Assembly: GCA_945983355.1 (NCBI GenBank)
Contig: CAMFSU010000048.1
Location: 20,367 to 84,366 of the forward strand
Source: an uncultured Clostridia bacterium
GTDB taxonomy: Bacteria > Bacillota > Clostridia > Oscillospirales > Acutalibacteraceae
DNA: 64,000 nucleotides
Reading direction: 5' to 3'
The notes below the pieces were generated by a model. The model searched no databases. It was not told the origin of the DNA and was given only the letters and a program-made list of their open reading frames with translations. Positions 18,341 through 28,208 of the stretch are shown here, piece by piece; positions within the stretch are counted from its first letter, which is position 1; every line of letters starts with the position of its first letter. The position numbers and the translations under genes were made by a program.

Positions 18341-19604
18341 ATTTTTCATTAACAATTTTAAAAAGCTCTTCGGCGGCTAAACGCACCTTTGCAACACTCA
18401 CCGACTTGTCCTTTGGGAAGCAGTAATAAAGCACCTTGCCGTTGCCGATGCAAACCATATCCCCTATTTCATACCAATAATAGTCGGAATAAAGCGAATA
18501 AGAAAGCTCGGGCGGTTGGGTGTAACAAAGCGCACCATCGTCACCTGTTAGCGTAAAGCCGTCTTTGGTGTGGGTAAGATGCCCGCTACCGATATTATAA
18601 ATCGCCTTTAAATTTGTCAGAACATAAATGTCAACATCACAGTAAAGGTTATATTTCCCATTTAAAAGCTCTTGTCTAACGCTTTCACGCTCGTAATTAT
18701 ACCAGTCAGGTATGTGGGGGTATTCAGTGTCGCCCTTTAATGCTTTCATAAAGCCGTCTTCGGTTAATTCCCACACCTTGCCGCAATGGTTACAGGTAAG
18801 GGTTGTCCCCTTGCCCACAGTTTCACCTTCGGCCTTACAATTTGGGCATTTATAAAGCACGCGGTGTAAGTAATCTGCCCTGAATTTTTCAGTAATTTTA
18901 ACGCCGTTTTCTTGTTGCCATTTAAAGTTGTCAAACTTAAACCTTTCGCCTATTACGGTGTTAATTTCTTCAAAGGTCATATTTTCAATTTGGTCAGCAG
19001 TTAAAATACACTCCATTTCGGCCGAAATTTTAACCTTTCGTTTTTGCAAATTGTTATAAAGCGGTTGGTGTGCAAAAGCACCCTTTGTGATAATGGTAAC
19101 AACAGGTACGCCAAGTTTTTTAATAAGCTTGCCCAAGCTTTCGGGCAGGGTGGTTGCCGTGCCGTCAAAGCTATAACTTGCTTCGGGATACATTAAAACC
19201 GAGGTTTTGTTTTTCTTAATGCTGTGGAAAATATCCCGCACCAAAACGCTGTCGCTTACAAACTTTTGGGTGGGTATGCAGCCAATGGTTTTCATAAGCA
19301 AATTTTTGCCCACAAACCCGTCGGATGTCATAATTATATTATATCTTTTGGGCCATAAAAGCTTTGATGCAATTTGCAAATCAACAAAAGCCGAATGATT
19401 CATTAAAATAAGGCAGGGCTGTTTTTTGCCGATTTTTTCCATACCGACCTTTTTGTATTTGAAGCCCAGCGGTAAAAGTGTGAAAAAGGACAAAACACGA
19501 ATTAAGGTTTGCATAACAAAAAGCGGTTTCATTGGCTTTTTGTGCTTTAAATCTGCAACCGCCAGTGCCTCTTCATAGCTTTTAACTTTAACTGTTGTTT
19601 TCAT
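18339..19604 (-). CDS. PlsC-type acyltransferase with C-terminal zinc-ribbon-containing domain
   Basis: HX4D motif (NHSAFVD), YPEASYS, later CPNC...CNHC. The start is chosen at MKTTVKVK. Confidence 0.75.
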   Translation of the reverse strand: MKTTVKVKSYEEALAVADLKHKKPMKPLFVMQTLIRVLSFFTLLPLGFKYKKVGMEKIGKKQPCLILMNHSAFVDLQIASKLLWPKRYNIIMTSDGFVGKNLLMKTIGCIPTQKFVSDSVLVRDIFHSIKKNKTSVLMYPEASYSFDGTATTLPESLGKLIKKLGVPVVTIITKGAFAHQPLYNNLQKRKVKISAEMECILTADQIENMTFEEINTVIGERFKFDNFKWQQENGVKITEKFRADYLHRVLYKCPNCKAEGETVGKGTTLTCNHCGKVWELTEDGFMKALKGDTEYPHIPDWYNYERESVRQELLNGKYNLYCDVDIYVLTNLKAIYNIGSGHLTHTKDGFTLTGDDGALCYTQPPELSYSLYSDYYWYEIGDMVCIGNGKVLYYCFPKDKSVSVAKVRLAAEELFKIVNEK

Positions 19605-19696
19605 AATCAAAACCCCTTTAATGCGATTATACCACAACCGAAATTTTTACACAAGAAAAAATGCGGGGCAAAATGCCCCGCATTAAATTTCAAAGG

Positions 19697-21109
19697 TTAT
19701 TTAAACAAGCCAACAATTAAATCAATACCTGTTTTACCGTCGGTATATTCAAAGGTTAAAAGACCGTAAATCAAAATTACAAGCACGAAAATCGGCAAAA
19801 TGAACTGCATATAAATACGCATCCAATTTTGTACCTTTAAGCCCTTACCGGTGTTGGCCTCTTCCTTAAAGTTTTTCCAGCCCCAGCCAAATTTCCAGGT
19901 ACAGAAAACAATAAACAAGAATGCGCCAACAGGCAACATAATAAAGTTAACGATAAAGTCTTCTAAATCAAGGAAGTTTGTTCCCGATTTAAAGGGAACA
20001 AAGTCAGCCCAAACATTAAAGCCAAGCGCACAAGGAAGTGACAACACAAAGAGTGCAATACCATTAATAAGACAAGCTTTTTTACGGCCCCACTTAAACA
20101 TATCCATACTGCAAGCAATAATATTTTCGAAAACTGCAATAACGGTTGAAAGCGCCGCAAAGGACATAAACACGAAGAAAAGTGTGCCCCAAATTCTGCC
20201 GCCGGGCAAATTATTAAATACATTAGGTAATGTGATGAAAATAAGGTTTGGACCTGCATCAACAGGGATATTAAAGGCAAATGCCGCAGGGAAAATGATA
20301 AGACCCGAAGTAAATGCCACAAAGGTGTCAAGCGATGCAACATTTACCGCTTCACCCATAAGCGAACGCTTTTTGTCAAGATAGCTGCCGAAAATTGCCA
20401 TTGAGCCGATACCAAGCGACAAGGTAAAGAAGGCCTGATTCATAGCGCCAACCACAACAGAGCCGGGATTGTTGTTTATAAACTTATTCCAGTCGGGCAA
20501 TAAATAGAATTTAAGACCCGCATTACCACCTTTAAGGAAACAGCTGTTAATTGCAAGCACAACCATAATTGCAAGAAGGGCGAGCATCATATATTTGCTT
20601 ACCTTTTCAACACCCTTATTAACACCCAAGGCACAAACGCCAATGCCAATAATTACGGCAATAGCCATAAATAGCACCATTTGAATTGGGTCTGAAACCA
20701 TTTCGCCAAATATATTCGGTACGGTTTCGGGTGTTGTGCCAACGAATTTACCACTTGCCATTTTAACGAAGTAGTTAATCATCCAACCGGTAACGGTGGT
20801 ATAAAACATCATTAAAATATAGTTGCCCGCAAAAGCGGTATAACCGTGCCAATGCCATTTAGAACCCTTTGGCTCTAACTGCTTATACATTGCGGCAGGG
20901 CTTTTTTGCGAAGCGCGACCAAGCGAGAATTCCATTGTCATAACGGGAATACCCATAACAATTAAAAAGAACAAATAAATAAGTACAAAAATTGCGCCGC
21001 CGTATTGACCAACCATCCACGGAAATTTCCATACATTGCCAATACCTATGGCACAGCCGGCCGAAAGCAATATAAAGCCCAAGCGGCTTGAAAGCTTTTC
21101 TCTCTCCAT
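19697..21109 (-). CDS. sodium-dependent transporter, SNF/NSS family
   Basis: 470 aa, N-terminal SRLGFILLSAGCAIGIGNVWKFPW signature, 11-12 TM. Confidence 0.9.
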   Translation of the reverse strand: MEREKLSSRLGFILLSAGCAIGIGNVWKFPWMVGQYGGAIFVLIYLFFLIVMGIPVMTMEFSLGRASQKSPAAMYKQLEPKGSKWHWHGYTAFAGNYILMMFYTTVTGWMINYFVKMASGKFVGTTPETVPNIFGEMVSDPIQMVLFMAIAVIIGIGVCALGVNKGVEKVSKYMMLALLAIMVVLAINSCFLKGGNAGLKFYLLPDWNKFINNNPGSVVVGAMNQAFFTLSLGIGSMAIFGSYLDKKRSLMGEAVNVASLDTFVAFTSGLIIFPAAFAFNIPVDAGPNLIFITLPNVFNNLPGGRIWGTLFFVFMSFAALSTVIAVFENIIACSMDMFKWGRKKACLINGIALFVLSLPCALGFNVWADFVPFKSGTNFLDLEDFIVNFIMLPVGAFLFIVFCTWKFGWGWKNFKEEANTGKGLKVQNWMRIYMQFILPIFVLVILIYGLLTFEYTDGKTGIDLIVGLFK

Positions 21110-21187
21110 TTAAACATCCTCCAAATAAGGTTTTTCTTTAATATATCATATTTATAAGCTTTAAACAAGATAATTTTTTGCTTTTGC

Positions 21188-21216
21188 TTGACAAAGCGGG
21201 GTTTATGTGGTACATT
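21188..21216 (+). promoter_or_regulatory. sigma-A type promoter of the lysine-riboswitch/dapA-lysA unit
   Basis: TTGACA-N17-TACATT, about 10 nt upstream of riboswitch P1. Confidence 0.6.
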
Positions 21217-21225
21217 TTAAAGCAA

Positions 21226-21383
21226 GATAGAGGCGCGATGTGTCAAAAGTATCAGTCAATGCTAATCTCGGCGGAGAGATGTGACTGTGAAAGGGGCAGT
21301 CGCCGAAAGAAACTGTCGGCAGGCAGTTTTCTTGGTAATTCGGAATAATATCCGCTTTACTGTCGCATTTGCGGAGTGCTATC
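21226..21383 (+). promoter_or_regulatory. lysine (L-box) riboswitch aptamer
   Basis: P1 GAUAG...CUAUC. Conserved AGAGGCGC, GAAAGGGGCAGUCGCCGAA and CUGUCG...GCGGAGUGCUAUC. Followed by two U-tailed hairpins (about 21395-21418 and 21429-21458). Upstream of dapA-lysA. Confidence 0.85.
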
Positions 21384-21486
21384 AAAATAAGAAGCCCTTA
21401 ATTTTTAAGGTTTTTTCTGATTTTTTGGTAGTCGAGCAATCGGCTATTTTTTTATTACATAATTTTAAAAATGGAAGTGTTTAAAA

Positions 21487-22374
21487 ATGAAACCCGTAAT
21501 TTTTGAAGGTATGGCTACCGCCATTATCACACCCATCACCGAAAACGGTATTGACTATGATGCATTTGGCAAACTTATTGACTGGCAAATTTCAGAGGGT
21601 ATTGACGCTATTGTAGTGTGCGGTACAACAGGCGAAGCATCTACTATGACCGATGATGAGCACCGCGATGCTATTGCATTTGCAGTAAAGCACGCCAACA
21701 AGCGTGTACCCATTATTGCAGGTGCGGGCTCGAACGATACATTATACGCACTTGACCTTACCCGTTGTGCTTGCGAAGCAGGTGCTGACGCAATTTTGGT
21801 GGTAACACCCTATTACAACAAGGCAACCCAAAACGGTCTTATTAAAATGTTTACCCAAATTGCCGACTATTCAACAGTACCCGTTATTTTATACGATGTA
21901 CCCTCGCGCACAGGTGTTGGGTTAGAGCCGCAAACCGTTGCCACCTTGGCCGAGCACCCCAACATTGTAGCCCTTAAGGCCGCAAGCGGTAACATTTCAA
22001 AAATTGCCGAAACTGCACACCTTTGCGGCGACAAAATTGCAATTTATTCAGGCAATGATGACCAAATTATCCCCATTATGTCACTTGGCGGTAAGGGTTG
22101 CATTTCGGTGCTTTCAAACCTTTTACCAAAAGAAAGCGCCCTTATGTGCAAAAAATTCTTTGAGGGTGATGTTAAAACAGCCGCCAAAATGCAGCTTGAT
22201 TATATCCCCCTTATAAACGCCCTTTTCTGTGAGGTTAACCCCATTCCCGTGAAGGCGGCAATGGCCAAAATGGGCTGGTGCGAGGATTATTTACGCCTGC
22301 CCCTAACCCCAATGGAAGATGCACACCGCGAGGTTTTATTTGAGGAAATGAGAAAAGCCGGAATTAAAATTTAG
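21487..22374 (+). CDS. dapA: 4-hydroxy-tetrahydrodipicolinate synthase
   Basis: 295 aa, VVCGTTGEASTMT, YNKATQ, ALKAASG (Schiff-base Lys context). Confidence 0.93.
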   Translation: MKPVIFEGMATAIITPITENGIDYDAFGKLIDWQISEGIDAIVVCGTTGEASTMTDDEHRDAIAFAVKHANKRVPIIAGAGSNDTLYALDLTRCACEAGADAILVVTPYYNKATQNGLIKMFTQIADYSTVPVILYDVPSRTGVGLEPQTVATLAEHPNIVALKAASGNISKIAETAHLCGDKIAIYSGNDDQIIPIMSLGGKGCISVLSNLLPKESALMCKKFFEGDVKTAAKMQLDYIPLINALFCEVNPIPVKAAMAKMGWCEDYLRLPLTPMEDAHREVLFEEMRKAGIKI

Positions 22375-22385
22375 GAGAATTTTTA

Positions 22386-23681
22386 ATGATTTGCGACAAT
22401 ATAACGGTGAATAAGGAAAATCACCTTTGCTTTGCCGGTTTTGATACAGTAGAAATGGCTAAAAAATACGGCACACCCCTTTATTTAATGGATGAAGCCA
22501 AAATAAGACAGCATATAAACGAATATAAAAACGCATTTAAAAAGTATTTTCCCGTTGGCTCTGCCCCCGAATTTGCAAGTAAGTCCTTTTCAGCAAAGCA
22601 AATTTACCGCATTATGCAGGATGAGGGTATGAACATTGATGTAGTGTCGGTTGGTGAAATTTACACCGCAAAAGCCGCAGGGTTTGACCTTTCTCACTGC
22701 TTTTTCCACGGAAATAACAAAACCGATTTTGATATTGCCTTTGCGCTTGACAGTGGCGTTGGTTATTTTGTAATCGACAGCTTTGAAGAGATTGAAGCTG
22801 TAAACCTTATGGCAAAAGACAAAGGCATTGTTCAAAAGGCACTTCTTCGCATAACCCCCGGTATTGACACCCACACCCACCAAAAAATTTCAACAGGTAA
22901 TGTTGATTCTAAATTTGGCTTTGCAATAGCAACAGGTATGGCTGACGAGGCAGTTAAAGCGGTTTTAAAATGTGAAAACATTTCGCTTTGCGGTTTTCAT
23001 TGTCATATCGGCTCACAAATATTTGAATCCGACCCGTTTATTTTAGCCTGTGACTTAATGCTTCATTTTATTGCTCACATTAAAGCAACCCAAAATTATA
23101 CCGCCGAAATTTTAAATTTGGGCGGCGGCTTTGGTGTTAAATATACTAACGACCAACCCACCCTTAATTTAGATGAAAAAATCGGCGAGGTTGCGGCGGC
23201 AATCAACCAAAAATGTGGTGAGCTTAAAATAGCAGTTCCCAAAATCGCGATGGAGCCGGGCCGAAGCATTGTAGCTGATGCGGGTATGACACTTTACACA
23301 GTTGGCTCGGTTAAAGAAATTAAGGGCTATAAAAACTATGTTTCTATCGACGGCGGTATGACCGATAACCCGCGCTTTGCCCTTTATGAATCACCCTATA
23401 CCGTAATGCTTGCCTCACGTGCAAACGACAGGGCGGATTTTAAAGCAACCATTGCGGGAAGGTGCTGTGAATCGGGCGATATTATTCAAAATGATGTCAC
23501 CATTCCAAAACCGCAGCGCAATGAAATTTTAGCAGTGCTGACAACAGGTGCTTATAATTATTCAATGGCTTCAAACTATAACCGTGTTGCCCGCCCCGCT
23601 GTTGTAATGCTTTCAGATAAGGGCGATTACATAGCAGTAAAACGCGAAACCCTTGATGATATTTGTTCGCTTGATATTTGA
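22386..23681 (+). CDS. lysA: diaminopimelate decarboxylase
   Basis: 431 aa, PLP-fold (FASKSF, HCHIGSQ, LNLGGGFGV, EPGRSIVA, CESGD). Confidence 0.93.
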   Translation: MICDNITVNKENHLCFAGFDTVEMAKKYGTPLYLMDEAKIRQHINEYKNAFKKYFPVGSAPEFASKSFSAKQIYRIMQDEGMNIDVVSVGEIYTAKAAGFDLSHCFFHGNNKTDFDIAFALDSGVGYFVIDSFEEIEAVNLMAKDKGIVQKALLRITPGIDTHTHQKISTGNVDSKFGFAIATGMADEAVKAVLKCENISLCGFHCHIGSQIFESDPFILACDLMLHFIAHIKATQNYTAEILNLGGGFGVKYTNDQPTLNLDEKIGEVAAAINQKCGELKIAVPKIAMEPGRSIVADAGMTLYTVGSVKEIKGYKNYVSIDGGMTDNPRFALYESPYTVMLASRANDRADFKATIAGRCCESGDIIQNDVTIPKPQRNEILAVLTTGAYNYSMASNYNRVARPAVVMLSDKGDYIAVKRETLDDICSLDI

Positions 23682-23743
23682 AAAATTATATCCGTCGCAA
23701 AGCGACACCTTAACTATTCACTATTCACTTTTCACTATTAACT

Positions 23744-23774
23744 AAAAAAGCACCTCCGCAGAGGTGCTTTTTTT
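23744..23774. terminator. bidirectional terminator (lysA / antiporter)
   Basis: aaaaaagcacctc-cgca-gaggtgcttttttt. Confidence 0.8.
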
Positions 23775-25106
23775 CTATTTAGCATTTTGTTTTTCCAAAA
23801 ATTCTTTACGGTTAAAGCCTTCGGTAGTCTTTTCTTTAATGTCGCCCGCTTTTGTAAGAGCAATCTTAGTAAGCATAGGACCAACGATTTCATAAACTAA
23901 AACCGAGAATAAAATTATATTTCTAACTAACACGCCGTCATTACCCCAGGTTGAGATAACTATGGCTGACATACCAAGTGCAACACCTGCTTGCGGAAGC
24001 AAGGTAATACCCAAATATTTTTGAATGTTTTTATCACACTTAACCAGTTTTGCGCTAAAATATGTTCCGACATATTTACCAAGCGAACGGCTTAAAATAT
24101 AAACCGCACCGATAACAAGCACCCAAACATCAGCCAAAATATCAAGGCGAAGCTCGGCACCGCTAAGCACAAAGAACATTACAAAAAGCGGTGCTGTCCA
24201 CTTGTCTGCACGGTCCATAATGTCGGCTGAAAAATCACACAAATTGCAAAATACTGTGCCAAGCATCATACAAACCAAAAGTGATGAGAAGCCGATGTGT
24301 ACCTCACCGATATGTACCTTAATCATTGAAATTGCAACAGTTAATAAAACAAAGCTAATGGATAAAGACATACGCTTTGAGCCGGAATGGAAAATCTTTT
24401 CACAAGCGGTAAATACCCAGCCCATAAGTGCACCAAGTAATAAAGATAAAGTAACTTCTATAAGGGGGTTGACAATCATTGAAATTACGCTGATTTTACC
24501 ATCTTCAATCGCGCGTGCAACACCGAAGGAAACCGAAAAAATTATAAGACCAACAGCATCATCAAGCGCAACAATGGGAAGTAATAAATCAGTTAACGGG
24601 CCCTTTGCCTTATATTGTCTTACAACCATTAAGGTTGCCGCAGGGGCGGTGGCAGATGCAATGGCGCCTAAAATAATTGCGTTTGAAATTGATAAAACAT
24701 CAGGCATTAAAAAATGCAAGCCAATAAGTGCCGCGTCAACCAAAACGGTGGCTGCAACCGCTTGTAAAACACCAATAACAAATGCCTGCTTACCAATGGA
24801 TTTTATATCGCTCATTCTAAATTCGTTGCCTATTGCAAAAGCGATAAAGCCAAGCGCAACCTGACCGAAAAGTTCTAACGCAACATTTTTTTCGCCGCCG
24901 TCAAGACCAAAGTCACTTGGTGAAAAGCCAATATGCGAAAAGCCCATATTTAAAAACGAAAAGTCAATTTTTCCAAGTAAATACGGCCCCACAATAAGAC
25001 CTGCAATAAGATACGCCGTAACGGCAGGAAGCTTGAAAAGCTTTGTAACGCGTGACATTAAAAGACCTGCCACAATCGCTATTGAAAGTGTTACTAAAAT
25101 TTGCAT
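23775..25106 (-). CDS. cation:proton antiporter (CPA family Na+/H+ exchanger-like)
   Basis: 443 aa with about 12 TM, and motifs LPAVTAYLIAGLIVGP and ALDDAVGLI typical of the Na_H_exchanger family. Confidence 0.8.
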   Translation of the reverse strand: MQILVTLSIAIVAGLLMSRVTKLFKLPAVTAYLIAGLIVGPYLLGKIDFSFLNMGFSHIGFSPSDFGLDGGEKNVALELFGQVALGFIAFAIGNEFRMSDIKSIGKQAFVIGVLQAVAATVLVDAALIGLHFLMPDVLSISNAIILGAIASATAPAATLMVVRQYKAKGPLTDLLLPIVALDDAVGLIIFSVSFGVARAIEDGKISVISMIVNPLIEVTLSLLLGALMGWVFTACEKIFHSGSKRMSLSISFVLLTVAISMIKVHIGEVHIGFSSLLVCMMLGTVFCNLCDFSADIMDRADKWTAPLFVMFFVLSGAELRLDILADVWVLVIGAVYILSRSLGKYVGTYFSAKLVKCDKNIQKYLGITLLPQAGVALGMSAIVISTWGNDGVLVRNIILFSVLVYEIVGPMLTKIALTKAGDIKEKTTEGFNRKEFLEKQNAK

Positions 25107-25192
25107 AATAATACGCCTCTATATCCCTTAAAAAATTCAACCCATTGATTATATACCAACGGGTTGATTTTTGCAATAGTCATTTTAAAAAA

Positions 25193-26215
25193 TTACTGAA
25201 AAGTTGGGGTTACTGCCTTTTTAGCAATACAAACCCAAGAATTTCCTTGACTTACCTCCAAGGTTTGTCCGTTTAAATCGGTAAATTTAAAGGAATCCGA
25301 TGCTGCGCCCTTGCTCCAACGAATTGGCATATATGTACCGTTTACGCAGTAATAACCGTCGCCACCCTCAAGCGAAACCTTTCTATGATAGCCATCGGAA
25401 TAGTCGGTAATGGATGTAAGCAAAACAAAAACATTTTCAAAATATTCGCTTTCGCCTGTTATGTAATCCTTACGAAGTGTATCTTTAAAATATCTTACAT
25501 ATTTACCTTTCTCGGTATCATATTTAAATACCGATTTATAACTGTTTGAAAAAGGAACAGTAACAGTATTTGCAACATTTTCAAAAGCAACATTTTTGTC
25601 AGAAGACGCAAAATTTTGCCAGGTTTTCACTTTGTTAAGGTCTAAATCAAACTTGGTTTTGTTTTCAAAATGCTTCCAAAGCTTTGCGCCGTCACCATAA
25701 AGCGTATGCTCAGTCGCTAAACCGTTTTTAACGCGCTTGCCCGCATTATTTGTATCAAGAGTAAAGGCCTGCGTATCTTTAAGGTGGGGCTTGCAGTAAA
25801 CCTTATCTAAACCGTGGTGAACATAAATTGCATCGTGTCCCATTGCCAAGTCAACATAAACATAACGGGCAGAACGAACTGTACCAAATTGCTGCACCTT
25901 TGAAATATCCTTAAAAACTGCTAAAAGGCGGGTAATACCACCCTCAACCTCGGTTTCATAAACGATATCGGCTTGATTTAAACCTGTTTGCACCTTTTGT
26001 GCAACCGACATATTATTTATCATAACCGCAACAGGACGACGGTTTAAAACCTCTTCACTTTCGATATCCTCTACACCTGTTAAGGGATTGACATACAAAA
26101 TCGGCTTGGGTGGAGTGCTTGATGTGTCATCAACGGGGTTATTAGCGGTTTCATTGCAACCCGCAAGGCACAAAATAGTAAGGCATAAAGCTGCCGCAAA
26201 AATCTTTTTAAGCAT
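25193..26215 (-). CDS. DUF3048-domain lipoprotein
   Basis: The start at MLKKIFAAALCLTILCLAGC (lipobox) has an RBS ggaggaaa. RPVAVMINN and ITRLLAVF motifs are YerB/DUF3048-like. The upstream 83 codons of the listed ORF overlap the yebC 3' end and are rejected. Confidence 0.8.
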   Translation of the reverse strand: MLKKIFAAALCLTILCLAGCNETANNPVDDTSSTPPKPILYVNPLTGVEDIESEEVLNRRPVAVMINNMSVAQKVQTGLNQADIVYETEVEGGITRLLAVFKDISKVQQFGTVRSARYVYVDLAMGHDAIYVHHGLDKVYCKPHLKDTQAFTLDTNNAGKRVKNGLATEHTLYGDGAKLWKHFENKTKFDLDLNKVKTWQNFASSDKNVAFENVANTVTVPFSNSYKSVFKYDTEKGKYVRYFKDTLRKDYITGESEYFENVFVLLTSITDYSDGYHRKVSLEGGDGYYCVNGTYMPIRWSKGAASDSFKFTDLNGQTLEVSQGNSWVCIAKKAVTPTFQ

Positions 26216-26357
26216 AGAAAAATTTCCTCCCAAGAAATGTATATATTGTATTATACAACACCCCATTTTTAATTTCAACCCAAAATACAGTTTTTTAACT
26301 GTTATTTTGTGGAATTTTGTAGAAAAAACGGTCGGTTTCCCGACCGTAAATTTTATC

Positions 26358-27089
26358 TTATTCTTCAGGCATTTCCCAGTTATGCCAAACTGCCTGAACG
26401 TCATCATTTTCTTCAAGCATATCAATAAGCTTTTCCATTTTTGTAACCATATCGCCGTCATCAATACTGCTCATGGTTTGGGGCACATAAGCCACCTCAG
26501 CCGATACAAAGGTATAGCCCTTACCTTCAAGTGCGTCACGAACTGCGCCCAAATCGTTCGGTGCGGTTGAAATTTCAAAAATTTCACCATCAAACTCAAA
26601 GTCCTCAGCGCCTGCTTCCAAAGCGTCTTCCATAACGGTATCTTCGTCTAAGCCCTCGGCTTCAATAACGATAATACCCTTGCGGTCAAACATAAACATA
26701 ACCGAGCCCGACTGACCCAAATTTCCGCCGCATTTATCAAAATAGTGGCGCATTTCACCGGCTGTACGATTGCGGTTATCGGTCAAGGTTTCAACCACAA
26801 CTGCAACACCGCAGGGGCCATAGCCCTCGTAAATAAGCTCTTCATAGTTAGCGCCGTCACCCTCGCCCGCAGCTTTTTTGATAATTCTTTCGATATTATC
26901 ATTTGGCACATTTGCCGCCTTTGCTTTGGCAATAACATCTTTTAATTTGCTGTTTTCGTTAGGGTTTGCACCGCCCTGCTTTACAACAACGGCAATTTCG
27001 CGACCTATTTTAGTAAAAATCTTTGCCTTTGCGGCATCGGTTTTTTCTTTTTTTCTTTTAATATTACTCCATTTAGAATGTCCTGACAT
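26358..27089 (-). CDS. YebC/PmpR family DNA-binding transcriptional regulator
   Basis: MSGHSKWSNIKRKKEKTDAAKAKIFTK... is the canonical YebC N-terminus. Confidence 0.92.
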   Translation of the reverse strand: MSGHSKWSNIKRKKEKTDAAKAKIFTKIGREIAVVVKQGGANPNENSKLKDVIAKAKAANVPNDNIERIIKKAAGEGDGANYEELIYEGYGPCGVAVVVETLTDNRNRTAGEMRHYFDKCGGNLGQSGSVMFMFDRKGIIVIEAEGLDEDTVMEDALEAGAEDFEFDGEIFEISTAPNDLGAVRDALEGKGYTFVSAEVAYVPQTMSSIDDGDMVTKMEKLIDMLEENDDVQAVWHNWEMPEE

Positions 27090-27117
27090 CAATAATCATC
27101 CTTTCGACTTAACGATA

Positions 27118-28089
27118 TTACCACAAATCCTTGTTTTGTTCAAGTGCAATTTCAATTATTTTTTCAATGTCGTTTAAGCTTGAAATCTCACCACACATAC
27201 GGCGAAGAGAAGCCGCACCTTGAAGCCCTGTCATATACCAGGCGGTGTGCTTTCTTGACTCTAAAATTGCATTATAAGGGTCCTTATATTTCATCATTAA
27301 ACCAACCTGCTCACGCAAAACCTCAAACCTTTTTGCAAGGGTTGGCATATTGTAATTTTCACCCTTTAAAAAGGCGTTAATTTCGCTGAAAACAAAAGGG
27401 TTCCCCTGTGCGGCACGCCCAACCATTAAATAGTCACACTCTGTAATTTCAAGCATATTTAAGGCCGTTTTTCCGTCAACAATATCACCGTTTGCAACAA
27501 CGGGAATTTTAACCGCTTTTTTAACATTTTTTATGGTGGCAAAATCAACCGGCGGTGCATACATTTGCACCCTTGTTCTGCCGTGAACGGTAAGCATTGA
27601 AGCCCCTGCATTTTCACACCTTTTCGCAAGCTCAACCGCGGTCAAATTGTCGCTGTCCCACCCTGTTCGCATCTTAACAGTAACGGGAATTTGGACCGCA
27701 TCTACAACCGCTTTTACAATTTTTTCTGCTAAAACAGGGTCCTTCATTAAAGCGCTACCGCCCCCGTTTCCCGCAACCTTTGGGGCGGGACAACCCATAT
27801 TTATATCAATAAAATCGGGTGAAAATTCAAGCGCTTTTTGGGCGGCTGCAGCCATAGTTTCGGGCTCACACCCAAAAAGCTGCGAAGCCATTGGGCGTTC
27901 CTTATCGGATATAGTTAAAAGCGAAAAGGATTTTTTATCACCCAAAGCCACACCCTTGGCGCTTGTAAGCTCGCCAACAGTAAAGCCCGCACCGTATTTT
28001 ACACATATTTCCCTCATTGCTCTGTCGGCGACACCTGCCATTGGAGCCAGGGCACAAAATCCGTTAATTTCTAAATTTTTAATCCTCAT
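27118..28089 (-). CDS. dusB: tRNA dihydrouridine synthase B
   Basis: LAPMAGVADRAMR, IDINMGCP, VKMRTGW, VHGRT motifs. The start is chosen at MRIKNLEI. Confidence 0.9.
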   Translation of the reverse strand: MRIKNLEINGFCALAPMAGVADRAMREICVKYGAGFTVGELTSAKGVALGDKKSFSLLTISDKERPMASQLFGCEPETMAAAAQKALEFSPDFIDINMGCPAPKVAGNGGGSALMKDPVLAEKIVKAVVDAVQIPVTVKMRTGWDSDNLTAVELAKRCENAGASMLTVHGRTRVQMYAPPVDFATIKNVKKAVKIPVVANGDIVDGKTALNMLEITECDYLMVGRAAQGNPFVFSEINAFLKGENYNMPTLAKRFEVLREQVGLMMKYKDPYNAILESRKHTAWYMTGLQGAASLRRMCGEISSLNDIEKIIEIALEQNKDLW

Positions 28090-28208
28090 AAACCCAATTA
28101 TATACAACAAGATAAAAAGTGTCAATTTTTTTGTAAAAATAGCGTGACATATCAATGTAAAAGTGGTATAATCTAAATATATATGTCTAAATTTTGGGGT
28201 GAACTGTA

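Noticed and set aside
23712-23740. Short tandem heptamers (TATTCAC TATTCAC TTTTCAC TATT) after lysA
   Set aside because: Three imperfect copies only, with no spacers or flanking genes suggesting a CRISPR array or an iteron function. Probably incidental.
24202-24864. Long antisense ORFs inside well-supported genes (for example 24202-24864, 2706-3131, 19851-20384, 27647-28147, 33607-34035, 59217-59726, 61531-61923, 62838-63299, 63429-63878)
   Set aside because: These are shadow frames opposite strongly supported genes. They are low-complexity, lack RBS context and show no recognisable motifs.
25193-26464. Full 423-aa version of the DUF3048 ORF
   Set aside because: The upstream 83 codons overlap the yebC 3' end and have no RBS. 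The internal Met has an RBS and is followed by a lipoprotein signal peptide.
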